Assembly: GCA_963712295.1 (NCBI GenBank)
Contig: CAVQHM010000029.1
Span: 63,704 to 127,703 of the forward strand
DNA: 64,000 nucleotides
Direction of reading: 5' to 3'
DNA from: an uncultured Acidobacteriaceae bacterium
Lineage (GTDB): Bacteria > Acidobacteriota > Terriglobia > Terriglobales > Acidobacteriaceae
Shown: positions 48,505 through 57,166 of the stretch, piece after piece
Position numbering within the stretch: the first letter of the stretch is position 1
Layout: the number at the start of each line of letters is the position of its first letter
The notes under the pieces: generated by a model
Database searches by the model: none
Seen by the model: only the letters and a program-made list of their open reading frames with translations
What the model was told of the DNA's origin: nothing
Position numbers and translations under genes: made by a program

Positions 48505-48645
48505 CACAGGCTGCGGAAAAACGCGATCTTGCATTTGATTTTGGGTGGCGCAGCGCTTCAGCGCTGCGGTAAGTGCATTGTTTTGAATCCGGCTTTAGCC
48601 GCTGAGGGCACGGCTCTAGCTCGGAAACGACTTTTCCGCAGCCTG
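48505..48645 (+). repeat. Family A element, copy 3, flanked by a 34-bp direct duplication
   Basis: Invariant core present. CCAGTCGTGCCATCAGGCC(T/G)AAGAAAGAAGCCCG occurs at 48467..48500 and 48648..48681. Confidence 0.85.
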
Positions 48646-48843
48646 TTCCAGTCGTGCCATCAGGCCGAAGAAAGAAGCCCGGCTTCAGCCGCTGAGGGCC
48701 AACGATCCTCTTAGGACGGAGCAGCTTTTCCAGGCCCCGCTTTGTCCGACTTACACGCAGGACGAGCGGGGCCCGCGCACCCCAAACTTGCGCGGGCCCC
48801 GGCCACCCGTCTTCCGGGAGAAACTTGGACGACGTGAAAGCGG

Positions 48844-50190
48844 TCAGCGCGCCAGCAGCATCACCGATTCGATGTGAAACGTCTGGGGGAAGAGATCGAA
48901 TAAGTGTGCTTCCTCGATGTGGTAGCCGGCCGCCAGAAGGGGGGCGAGATCCCTGGCCAGCGTCGCCGGATCGCACGAAACGTACCGGACTCGGGGCGCT
49001 CCGAGTTCCACCAGAGAACGGATCACCGCTTTGCCGGCGCCAGCGCGGGGAGGGTCCAGGACAACCAAATCAGTCCGATTTCGCACTGGCCGGCTTCGCA
49101 GATCATCGCTCCTAAGGTAATCCTCGGTTCGCGCGCCGACCGCTTTCACGTTCGCAGGCACATTCTGCACCAAGTCCCCGTGCGCTGTCTGTGACGCCTC
49201 TACAGCAAAAATGTGACGAAAACTGCCAGCCAAGGCCGCCGAAAATAGTCCCACACCGGCATAGAGGTCGAGTGCGAGGTCTCCGCCGGCGTTGCCGGTC
49301 ACGACCGAAACCAGGTCGTCGATCAGATGGCGGTTCACCTGAAAAAAGGCTCCCGCGCTGACCTGATATTCGTGCTCCTTGGTTTGATAGCCAATGGTTT
49401 GATAGGCAATGGTTCGATAGCGGATCGCCTTCGCGCCCGATTGCGCCAGCGCCTTCGGATCGGGCATTTCATCTTCTTCCACCCGCCGCCGCGAAGCGAA
49501 GAACGTCACGCCGCTGATTTCCGGCAACTCGCGCTGAATCGCCTCCGCCCAGCGCAACAGGTCTCTCTTGTCTGCCTCGCGTCCGCAAAAAGCCCAGGCC
49601 AGCAAATGCTCGTCGGCCGCATCCGCGAACAGCTCGATCTCTTCGACCGCTGCCGGGCAGTTCAATCCGCCGAGCTCAACCAAGCGCGCCATCATCCGAT
49701 TGAGCAGCGGCGAGCTGATCGGACATTCGCCGATGGGAAGAAACTCGTGCGAGCCGAACCGGAAGTATCCCAGCGCAAATCCGAACAATGTCCGCACCTG
49801 CAGCCGCGTCCGGTTGCGATAGTTCCACGGAGGAGAAGGGTGCAACCGAATCTCAGCCGTCAGCTCAATCTTCGCGATCCGCCGCAGCGTCTCGTGCAGA
49901 ATTCCAGCTTTGAACTCCAGTTGCCGCTCGTACGGGATGTGCTGGTAATGGCATCCGCCACATTGGCGAAAGTACGTGCAGCGAGCCTCGACGCGATCAG
50001 ACGACGCTTCGATCAACCGCGCAACGGAGCCGCGCGCGAACCCAGGTTTTTCTAGCCCAATCTCGGCCTCAACTTTTTCTCCCGGCAAAACAAACGGCAC
50101 AAACACCGCCATGCTGCGCCCATCCGCGCCGGGAGCCGTCCGTGCCAGCCCGTCACCGCCGTAAATCAGTTTTTCGATGGAAAGAAGCAT
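48844..50190 (-). CDS. rlmD: 23S rRNA (uracil-5)-methyltransferase RlmD/RumA family
   Basis: TRAM-like N-terminus, the Fe-S motif CTYFRQCGGCHYQH, SAM motifs LDLYAGVGLF and VLDPPRAG, and a catalytic Cys in YVSCDPATLARD. Confidence 0.85.
   Translation of the reverse strand: MLLSIEKLIYGGDGLARTAPGADGRSMAVFVPFVLPGEKVEAEIGLEKPGFARGSVARLIEASSDRVEARCTYFRQCGGCHYQHIPYERQLEFKAGILHETLRRIAKIELTAEIRLHPSPPWNYRNRTRLQVRTLFGFALGYFRFGSHEFLPIGECPISSPLLNRMMARLVELGGLNCPAAVEEIELFADAADEHLLAWAFCGREADKRDLLRWAEAIQRELPEISGVTFFASRRRVEEDEMPDPKALAQSGAKAIRYRTIAYQTIGYQTKEHEYQVSAGAFFQVNRHLIDDLVSVVTGNAGGDLALDLYAGVGLFSAALAGSFRHIFAVEASQTAHGDLVQNVPANVKAVGARTEDYLRSDDLRSRPVRNRTDLVVLDPPRAGAGKAVIRSLVELGAPRVRYVSCDPATLARDLAPLLAAGYHIEEAHLFDLFPQTFHIESVMLLAR
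49381..49425. repeat. 15-bp tandem repeat x3 in frame in rlmD
   Basis: GGTTTGATAGCCAAT, GGTTTGATAGGCAAT, GGTTCGATAGCGGAT, encoding IRYRT IAYQT IGYQT on the minus strand. Confidence 0.85.
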
Positions 50191-50220
50191 GGGATTCGAT
50201 GTGCAATGAGTCGGTTCTCC

Positions 50221-50245
50221 ACTGAGAACTGAGAACCGAGAACTG
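50221..50245. repeat. Family C partial copy
   Basis: ACTGAGAACTGAGAACCGAGAACTG. Confidence 0.6.
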
Positions 50246-50248
50246 TTC

Positions 50249-50959
50249 TTAGTGCATATAGAACAAACTCAGCCGTGGCACGCCGCATCGCTCCAGCAGC
50301 CGCTTGCGCACATACTGCTTATGCAACTGTTCAACCTGCGCCGCCGTCATGTTCCGCCGGTAAGGAGCAATGTCCCGATCCGCTTCCGCCCGCACATTGA
50401 CCAGATCATCGTCCGGAGCCGCCGCCATCAGCACCGCGAACAGCTTTTCCTCCAGCACGGTCAACCGCCGCTCCAAATCTTCCAGACGCGGAAGTTGACC
50501 CGAGCTCTCGATGGCCTCCGCTATCTCACGCAGCGAACCTGCTTCTTCCCGTGCCAGCGCGACAGTCGCGAATCCTGCGCGCTCGGGCAGCTTCGCTTTC
50601 TCCAGCTTCGCAGCACTGTCGCGCAAGAATGCGGCAATCTGCGCCGCTTCAAATCCAGGCTCGCGCTGAGCTCTTTCGTCACCGCCAGCGCCCACCGCCG
50701 CTTCCTTCATATCCTCCGCTGCCGCCAGCACCGCCTGCGAACAGTACGCCAGACTATTCACCTTTTTCGATTTCGACGGGCCCCGATCGTACTTGTCAAA
50801 CGCGTCATCCACCCCGCGGAGCACCGCCTCCAGCGGCACGCCCGCGCTCTTCCAAGTCTCAATCAGAGCCCAATCAAGCGTCGAAAGCAGCAGATGCGTC
50901 CCACGCCGCCGCAAATAGTGCTCTTCGATTTCGGTGAAATAATTGAAGTAATTTTCCAC
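50249..50959 (-). CDS. Hypothetical protein; N-terminus faintly DnaD-like
   Basis: 236-aa ORF. FTEIEEHYLRRRGTHLLLSTLDWALIETWKSAGVPLEAVLRGVDDAF resembles the DnaD/DnaB_2 repeat pattern (low confidence). Confidence 0.55.
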   Translation of the reverse strand: MENYFNYFTEIEEHYLRRRGTHLLLSTLDWALIETWKSAGVPLEAVLRGVDDAFDKYDRGPSKSKKVNSLAYCSQAVLAAAEDMKEAAVGAGGDERAQREPGFEAAQIAAFLRDSAAKLEKAKLPERAGFATVALAREEAGSLREIAEAIESSGQLPRLEDLERRLTVLEEKLFAVLMAAAPDDDLVNVRAEADRDIAPYRRNMTAAQVEQLHKQYVRKRLLERCGVPRLSLFYMH

Positions 50960-50970
50960 GACGGTTCTAG

Positions 50971-51052
50971 AGAGGTCAAAGGTCAGACGTCAGATTGCAG
51001 AGGTTAGAACCCAAGGTTTCACCTCTGCAATCTAGACCTCTGACCTCTCACC
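50971..51052. repeat. Family D hairpin after coaX
   Basis: Arms 50971..51004 and 51019..51052. Confidence 0.8.
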
Positions 51053-51962
51053 TCGTTTTAGAAGATTTCGGCGAGGGCCAAGGTTTCGCGGCGGCATCCG
51101 AGGCTTTGGCCGAGGTCCTCACCGTCTTCGGCGCGGCTTCGCGCCGGAAGGACTGGTTCCGATCCCAGAGAATGCGCAGCCCCTCGAGCGTAAGAAACTC
51201 GTCCACATCCTTAATGAAGCCTGAAGCGGTGCCCAGCAGCGATCCCAGGCCGCCCGTCGCCAGCACATGAGTTTCCGGCCCCAACTCATCCACCAGTCGC
51301 TCCAGGATGCCGTCGACCAGCCCGAGATACCCGTAGTAAAGTCCCGACTGCAAACTGCCGACCGTAGTCGATCCAATCACCCGCGCCGGCTTGCGAATCT
51401 CCACCCGCGGCAGCCTGGCCGTACGTTGAAACAGCGCGTCCGCGGAAATCCCAATCCCCGGACAAATCACGCCGCCCATATACTCGCCCTTCTTGGAAAT
51501 ACAGTCGAAGGTCGTAGCCGTGCCAAAGTCCACAATCACGCACGGCCCCCCATATTTCTCAAACGCCGCCACCGCGTTGACGATCCGGTCAGCGCCCACT
51601 TCCGCCGGATTGTCGTACAGCACCTGCATGCCCGTCTTGACCCCGGGCTCGATGAACAGCGGTTTGATGTTGAAATAGCGCTCGCACACCAGTCGCAGAA
51701 CCGGATCAAGCGGCGGCACCACCGATGAAATCACGATCCCGTCGACATCCGAAACTTCCAGGTTGTCCATGGAGAAAAGGTTGCGGAAGATCACTCCGTA
51801 CTCGTCGACGGTGCGGCCCAGGTGCGAACCGACGCGCCAGTGCGCCACCAGCCGCTCGTAACGCGCCGCCTCCGCAGTCACATCCTCGCCCGGACGATGC
51901 GCCGCCGCCGCAAAAACGCCCAGCACCGTATTCGTGTTTCCGACATCGATGACTAACAGCAT
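51048..51962 (-). CDS. coaX: Type III pantothenate kinase with basic C-terminal extension
   Basis: MLLVIDVGNTNTVLGVF, GADRIVNAVAA and VDFGTATTFD. Confidence 0.88.
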   Translation of the reverse strand: MLLVIDVGNTNTVLGVFAAAAHRPGEDVTAEAARYERLVAHWRVGSHLGRTVDEYGVIFRNLFSMDNLEVSDVDGIVISSVVPPLDPVLRLVCERYFNIKPLFIEPGVKTGMQVLYDNPAEVGADRIVNAVAAFEKYGGPCVIVDFGTATTFDCISKKGEYMGGVICPGIGISADALFQRTARLPRVEIRKPARVIGSTTVGSLQSGLYYGYLGLVDGILERLVDELGPETHVLATGGLGSLLGTASGFIKDVDEFLTLEGLRILWDRNQSFRREAAPKTVRTSAKASDAAAKPWPSPKSSKTR

Positions 51963-52042
51963 ATTTGTAATTGGTAATTTGTAATCGGTAATTTGAAAGC
52001 ACCAGTCTTTCAATTACAAATTACAAATCACAAATTACCAAT
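51963..52042. repeat. AT-rich inverted repeat (TTTGTAATTGGTAATTTGTAATCGGTAATTTG ... CAATTACAAATTACAAATCACAAATTACCAAT)
   Basis: Lies between the coaX start and the birA stop. The right arm supplies the last birA codons. Confidence 0.8.
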
Positions 52043-53134
52043 GATCCTCACCGTCCCACTAACCACCGTCCGCAACCCCTCCGCCGTCCTGACGCGCAAG
52101 AACCCGCGCTCATCCAACCCCTCGGTAACGCCCTCCAGGCCGCCGTTCTCCTCGATCGTCACATTGCTGCCGCGCACCGACGAAGAACTCGCCTCGAACC
52201 GGCGCAAGATCCCCGCCCGCGCTCCCGCATTTGCCACCAAACCCCGATACTCCCGGTCGAGCGATTTTAGCAAAGCGGCGCAGAGTTCCACGCGCGACCA
52301 CTCCGTGCCGGTCTCGATCCGCAACGAGGTCGCAATCTCGCGCAGCTCCGCCGGAAACTTCACCTGATTCACGTTGATCCCGACGCCCACGACCAGGTGG
52401 CGCACTCGCGTCACTTCGGCATTCATCTCCGTAAGAATGCCGCAGAACTTCTTTCCGCCAAGCAGCAGGTCGTTGGGCCATTTCAGATCGACGGACAGCT
52501 GCGGAGCAATCTCCGCCACCGCCGAGCGTATCGCCAGTCCCGCAGCCAGCGAAAAAATGAGCGCATCCGAGGGCGGCATCGCCGGACGCAGGATCGCCGA
52601 GCAGTAGATTCCCGCCGACCGCGCCGAATGCCAGGTGTGCGCGCCGCGCCCCCGTCCCGCCAGCTGTTCTTCGGCAAGAAAGACGCTGCCTTCGGGCGCG
52701 CCCTCCATCGCGGCTCGCATCGCCTCCAAATTGGTCGAACCGATCTTGTAATAATGATGAATCTGCTTGGCGCTGATTTCGCGACTAGGTTTTGGGTAGG
52801 GCACGGCTTCAGCCGTGCCGTCCGCGGTCTCGAGAGACGTGGGCTTCAGCCCCTGAGGGACACGCCTTCCGCCCCCGCCAAAGATCGTCCCCTTCAACGA
52901 CGGCGCCAACATCTCCGGCAACAACAGGTCTGGGACCGCCCGCAGTTGATAGCCGGTTGCCGGATGTCCAGCGACATCCACGCCCAACCCGCGCAGTTGC
53001 TGAATCAGCCGCCAGACTTCCGACCGGCTAGTGCCAATCTCCTCGGCAATCTTCGTGCCGCTGACGACAACGATAGCGTGGTCCATCAGCAGCCGCACAA
53101 TGCGGCCCAGGCGAACGTCAGTCGCCTTGTGCAC
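52028..53134 (-). CDS. birA: Bifunctional biotin--[acetyl-CoA-carboxylase] ligase / biotin operon repressor
   Basis: N-terminal HTH (ISGTKIAEEIGTSRSEVWRLIQQLRGLG) and the ligase motif GRGRGAHTWHS. The start is uncertain (GTG at 53134 or further upstream). Confidence 0.85.
   Translation of the reverse strand: MHKATDVRLGRIVRLLMDHAIVVVSGTKIAEEIGTSRSEVWRLIQQLRGLGVDVAGHPATGYQLRAVPDLLLPEMLAPSLKGTIFGGGGRRVPQGLKPTSLETADGTAEAVPYPKPSREISAKQIHHYYKIGSTNLEAMRAAMEGAPEGSVFLAEEQLAGRGRGAHTWHSARSAGIYCSAILRPAMPPSDALIFSLAAGLAIRSAVAEIAPQLSVDLKWPNDLLLGGKKFCGILTEMNAEVTRVRHLVVGVGINVNQVKFPAELREIATSLRIETGTEWSRVELCAALLKSLDREYRGLVANAGARAGILRRFEASSSSVRGSNVTIEENGGLEGVTEGLDERGFLRVRTAEGLRTVVSGTVRIIGNL
52794..52859. repeat. 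Hairpin pair (GCACGGCTTCAGCCGTGC and GGGCTTCAGCCCC) inside the birA reading frame
   Basis: Translated as GLKPTSLETADGTAEAVPYP, between the HTH and ligase domains. Confidence 0.8.
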
Positions 53135-53199
53135 CGACGGCAGGCTGCGAGTTTTGGTGGAAGTGGAGATGGAGGGAATTATAACCAGTCGCTGGTGAT

Positions 53200-53255
53200 C
53201 GTGTGGGGACGGGCGCCCTCGCCCGTCCAGCCGAGCGCAGCTCGGCAGCCGCCGC
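53200..53255. repeat. Family E bipartite element
   Basis: CGTGTGGGGAC-GGGCGCCCTCGCCC-GTCC-AGC-CGAGCGCAGCTCGG-CAGC. Confidence 0.85.
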
Positions 53256-53258
53256 ACC

Positions 53259-54137
53259 CTAAGCCGGCATCACGCGCATACTCATATCCACCGCCGTCGA
53301 GGAATGCGTCAGCGCCCCGACCGAAATGAAGTCCACGCCCGTCTCCGCGTACGACCGCACGTTCTCCAGATTGATTCCGCCCGCGCACTCCAGCGGAATC
53401 CTCCGCGGCTGGTGCGAACAAATCTCGACTGCCTTGCGCACGTCTTCAACGTTCATATTGTCGAGCAGGATCGCCTCCGCCCCGTGGCCCAGCGCCTGCT
53501 GCAGTTCTTCGAGCGACCGCACTTCAATCTCGATCGGCTGACGCCCGCGCCGGTTGCGGATCGCCCGCTCCAGCGCCGGAATCGCGCCCCCGGCCAGCGC
53601 AATATGATTGTTCTTAATCAACACGCCGTCGGAAAGATCCAGTCGGTGATTCTGCCCGCCGCCGCAGCGCACCGCGTATTTATCAATCACGCGCAGTCCC
53701 GGCGCCGTCTTGCGCGTATCGAGAATCCGCACGCGCGTGTCTTCCACCGCATCGACAAACTTGCGGGTCGTGGTCGCGATTCCGGCCATGCGTTGCAGAA
53801 AATTAAGAATCACCCGCTCGCACGATAGAACCACCCGCGCGTTATGCCGGATCACCGCGATTTGTTGCCCCGGTTTCACGCGGATCCCATCAAACATCGA
53901 AGGGTGGCTAGTCACGTCGTAATGCGAAGTGACGGCCCCGTCGAGCGCCGCATAGACGTCAAGAATCCGCGGCACGCATCCCAGACCAGCCAGTATGCAC
54001 TCCTGCTTGGCGATGACCGTCGCCGAGGCCCGCTGGTTAGGATCGATGCAGGCATAGCTGGTAGCATCGCGCGTGGCCCGATCTTCGGTCAGCGCGTTCT
54101 CCAAAATCGCCGTAATGCGTCGTGAATTCCAGTCCAT
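53259..54137 (-). CDS. nadC: Nicotinate-nucleotide diphosphorylase (carboxylating), quinolinate phosphoribosyltransferase
   Basis: 292 aa. RILDTRKTAPGLR, KNNHIALAG, and a C-terminal GVDFISVGALTHS. Confidence 0.88.
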   Translation of the reverse strand: MDWNSRRITAILENALTEDRATRDATSYACIDPNQRASATVIAKQECILAGLGCVPRILDVYAALDGAVTSHYDVTSHPSMFDGIRVKPGQQIAVIRHNARVVLSCERVILNFLQRMAGIATTTRKFVDAVEDTRVRILDTRKTAPGLRVIDKYAVRCGGGQNHRLDLSDGVLIKNNHIALAGGAIPALERAIRNRRGRQPIEIEVRSLEELQQALGHGAEAILLDNMNVEDVRKAVEICSHQPRRIPLECAGGINLENVRSYAETGVDFISVGALTHSSTAVDMSMRVMPA

Positions 54138-54142
54138 GATCG

Positions 54143-54224
54143 CGTAGGGACGGACGCATTCGTCCGTCCAACCTCACGTAGGGACAGCCGCCCTCGGCTG
54201 TCCAGCGGCTCGAAGAGCCGCAGC
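54143..54224. repeat. Two adjacent family E units between nadC and valS
   Basis: CGTAGGGACGGACGCATTCGTCCGTCC, and CGTAGGGACAGCCGCCCTCGGCTGTCCAGCGGCTCGAAGAGCCGCAGC. Confidence 0.85.
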
Positions 54225-54232
54225 TCACTGTA

Positions 54233-57107
54233 TTACGAGCAGCCCAACTCTTTCATCTTGGCGAGGATTTTTTCCCGCAGCACCTTCAACTCTTCCGCCC
54301 GCGCCGTCAGCCCCTCCACGACCTTCACCGGCGCCTTCGCCAGAAACTGTTCGTTCGAAAGCTGCCGCTGCCCGTTGGCGATCTCCTTCTCGATCTTCTC
54401 CAACTCCTTCTTCAGTCGCTCACATTCCGCCGCAACGTCGATCTTCTTTTCGTATAGCGCATGCACATCAAACCGCGAAGTACTGCGAGCCCCCGGCAGG
54501 TTTGCCAGCGACCTTTCCACGAATGTGACCTTCTCCACACTCCCCAGCCGCTCGATCGCCGCCAGATTCCTCTCGAGCATCGCGCGAATCTCCGGATTCA
54601 TGCGCAAACACCTCGATCGGCACTTTGATCTTAGGCTCGACTTTCAATTCCGCCCGCAGATTGCGCACCGCAACGATCAGGTCCTGCAGGATCGCCATCT
54701 CCGTTTCAGCGCCCAGGTCAATCTGCGTTTCATCCGCGGCCGGATAGGCCGCCAGCGCAATCGACTTCAGCGGAGGCGTGCCATCGTACATCGCCTGCCA
54801 GATTTCTTCCGTGATAAACGGCATCACCGGATGCAGCAGCCGCAAAGAAGCCTCAAACAAATTGACGAGATTCGCACATGCGACTCGCGCCGCGATCGTG
54901 TGGGGACGGGGCTCTGCCCCGTCCAGGGCGGGCCGGAGAACCGCCTCCACACTTTCCTCATTCAGCCGTGGCTTGATCAGTTCCAGGTACCAGTCGCAAA
55001 ACTCGCCCCAGAAAAAATCGTAGATGCGAGTCGCGGCCTCATCGAAGCGATAAGTCTCCAGCGACTCGTTCACGTCGCGAGTCGCGCGATTGAACCGCGA
55101 GAGAATCCACCGGTCCTCAAGCGAACCAACCTCAAACCCGGCAACGCCCACGTAGGGGCGGACGCATTCGTCCGCCCCGGGCCGCAGGCCCGCGTCGATC
55201 CGGTCCACATTCATGAACATCAACCGAGCCGCATTCCATATCTTATTGGCAAAATTCCGATACCCCGCCGTGCGGCTCTCGCTAAACGCGATATCGGTCC
55301 CCGGCGCCGCCATCGCCGCCAGGGTAAAGCGCGTCGCATCGGTTCCGTACTTCCCGATGACTTCAATCGGATCGAGCACGTTCCCCTTCGTCTTCGACAT
55401 TTTCTGCCGGTCCGCATCGCGCACCAGCGCGTGGATATAAACTTCGCGAAAGGGAACGCTCGCGCGCAGCGCATCTTCTTCCGACCCCAAACTTGCCTCA
55501 GAACGCTGGCCCGGCCTGTGCGGCGGCATCATGAACCAGCATCCCAGCATGATCATGCGCGCCACCCAGAAAAACAGAATGTCAAAGCCGGTGATCATCA
55601 GCGAATTGGGATAGAAAACTTCCTCGTCGCGAGTCGCCGCAGGCCAGCCCAAAGTAGTGAACGGCAGCAACCCCGAAGAAAACCAAGTGTCAAGCACGTC
55701 CGCATCCTGCTCCAGGTTCTTGCTGCCGCATTTGCAAGCCGCAGGAGCCTCGCGCGCCACGATCACTTCCCCGCAAGCGCCGCAATACCAAGCCGGGATC
55801 CGGTGTCCCCACCACAACTGCCGCGAGATGCACCAGTCGTGGATGTTCCGCATCCAGTTCAAATAAATCTGCCCGTAATTTTCCGGCGTGAACCGTATGT
55901 ATCCCTTCTCGACAACCTCAATCGCCCGCTTCGCCAGCGGCGCAATCTTGACGAACCACTGCGTCGAGAGCCGCGGCTCGACAATCGTGCCCGAGCGGTC
56001 GCACTTGCCCAAAGCAATCGTGTAATCCTTGGTGCCCACGAGGTACCCTTGCTCCGCCAGGTCTTCCACCACATGCGCGCGCGCCGCAAAGCGATCCAGC
56101 CCCGCGTAACGGCCGGCATTCGCATTCATCTTCGAGTGCTCGTCAATCACTTCGATCTGCGGCAGGTTGTGTCGCAGTCCGGCCAGGAAGTCGTTGGGAT
56201 CATGCGCCGGCGTGACCTTCACCGCGCCCGTGCCAAACTCCGGCTGGGCCAGTTCGTCGGCGATGATCGGAATCTCCCGATTCATCAGCGGCAGCATCAC
56301 ATGCTTACCCAGCAGATGCGTGTAGCGTTCGTCTTTAGGATTGACCGCGACCGCCGTGTCGCCCAACATCGTCTCCGGACGCGTAGTCGCCACGGTAATA
56401 AATTGCGTAGGGACAGCCGCCCCCGGCTGTCCAGCGGCGCGAGGCGCCGCAGCCTCTGTGTCCACCACCGGATACCGGATCTCATACAGCTTGCCCGCGA
56501 TGTCCTCGTGCTTCACTTCGAGGTCCGAGATCGCCGTGCCGCAGTCGGAACACCAGTTCACGATGTACTTCCCGCGATAGATCAGCCCCTCTTCATACAG
56601 CCGCACGAACACTTCCTTCACCGCGTGTGACAGCCTGTCGTCCATGGTGAAGTATTCCCGGCTCCAATCGACCGAAGCGCCCAGCCGTTTCATCTGATCG
56701 AGAATCGCGCTGCCGTACTCGCGCCGCCATTCCCAGACGCGCTCCAGAAACTTCTCGCGCCCCATCTCGCGCCGCTTCTTGCCTTCTTTCAAAAGCTGGC
56801 GCTCCACCAGCATCTGCGTCGCGATGCCGGCGTGGTCGGTCCCCGGCAGCCAGAGCGAGACGAAGCCGCGCATGCGCTGCCAGCGCACCATGACGTCCAT
56901 CTGCGTCTGTTCCATCATGTGCCCCATGTGCAGCCGCCCGGTCACATTGGGAGGAGGCAACAACAGCGTGAACACAGGACGCACATCTTTTTCGGACGAA
57001 CTGGGCGGAGGCGTCTCCACCTGAAACAGTTTTTCCCGGACCCAATACTCGGCCCAGCGCGCTTCAATCGCGCCCGGTTCGTAAGCTTTCGGCAATTCGT
57101 GCGGCAT
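54233..57107 (-). CDS. valS: Valine--tRNA ligase; frame broken by one extra base near 54600..54607
   Basis: HIGH region PPPNVTGRLHMGH and KMSKS region KMSKTKGN. ORF 54233..54607 encodes the C-terminal coiled coil (ERLKKELEKIEKEIANGQRQLSNEQFLAKAP) in the adjacent frame. Confidence 0.9.
54897..54934. repeat. Family E unit inside the valS frame
   Basis: CGTGTGGGGACGGGGCTCTGCCCCGTCCAGGGCGGGCC, translated as RPALDGAEPRPHTI. Confidence 0.8.
55151..55183. repeat. Family E unit inside the valS frame
   Basis: CGTAGGGGCGGACGCATTCGTCCGCCCCGGGCC, translated as PGADECVRPYV. Confidence 0.8.
56406..56453. repeat. Family E bipartite unit inside the valS frame
   Basis: CGTAGGGACAGCCGCCCCCGGCTGTCCAGCGGCGCGAGGCGCCGCAGC, translated as AAAPRAAGQPGAAVPT just before the conserved ITVATTRPETMLGD. 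Confidence 0.85.
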
Positions 57108-57120
57108 CTTGTGTGGCTCA

Positions 57121-57166
57121 CGTGGGGACGGACGCATTCGTCCGTCCCAGCCAGGCATAGCCTGGC
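57121..57166. repeat. Family E unit just upstream of the valS start
   Basis: CGTGGGGACGGACGCATTCGTCCGTCCCAGCCAGGCATAGCCTGGC. Confidence 0.8.

Noticed and set aside
9378-51052. Possibility that the recurring hairpin repeats (families B, C, D) form a CRISPR array
   Set aside because: The copies are dispersed singly over tens of kilobases, each is an inverted repeat with its own partner arm, there is no regular repeat-spacer periodicity, and no cas genes are present.
54258-56630. 790-aa ORF on the plus strand
   Set aside because: It is entirely antisense to valS. Its composition is Arg/Pro/His-rich (for example RRRAIVHRLPDFFRDKRHHRMQQPQ), typical of shadow frames in high-GC DNA. No motifs were recognised.
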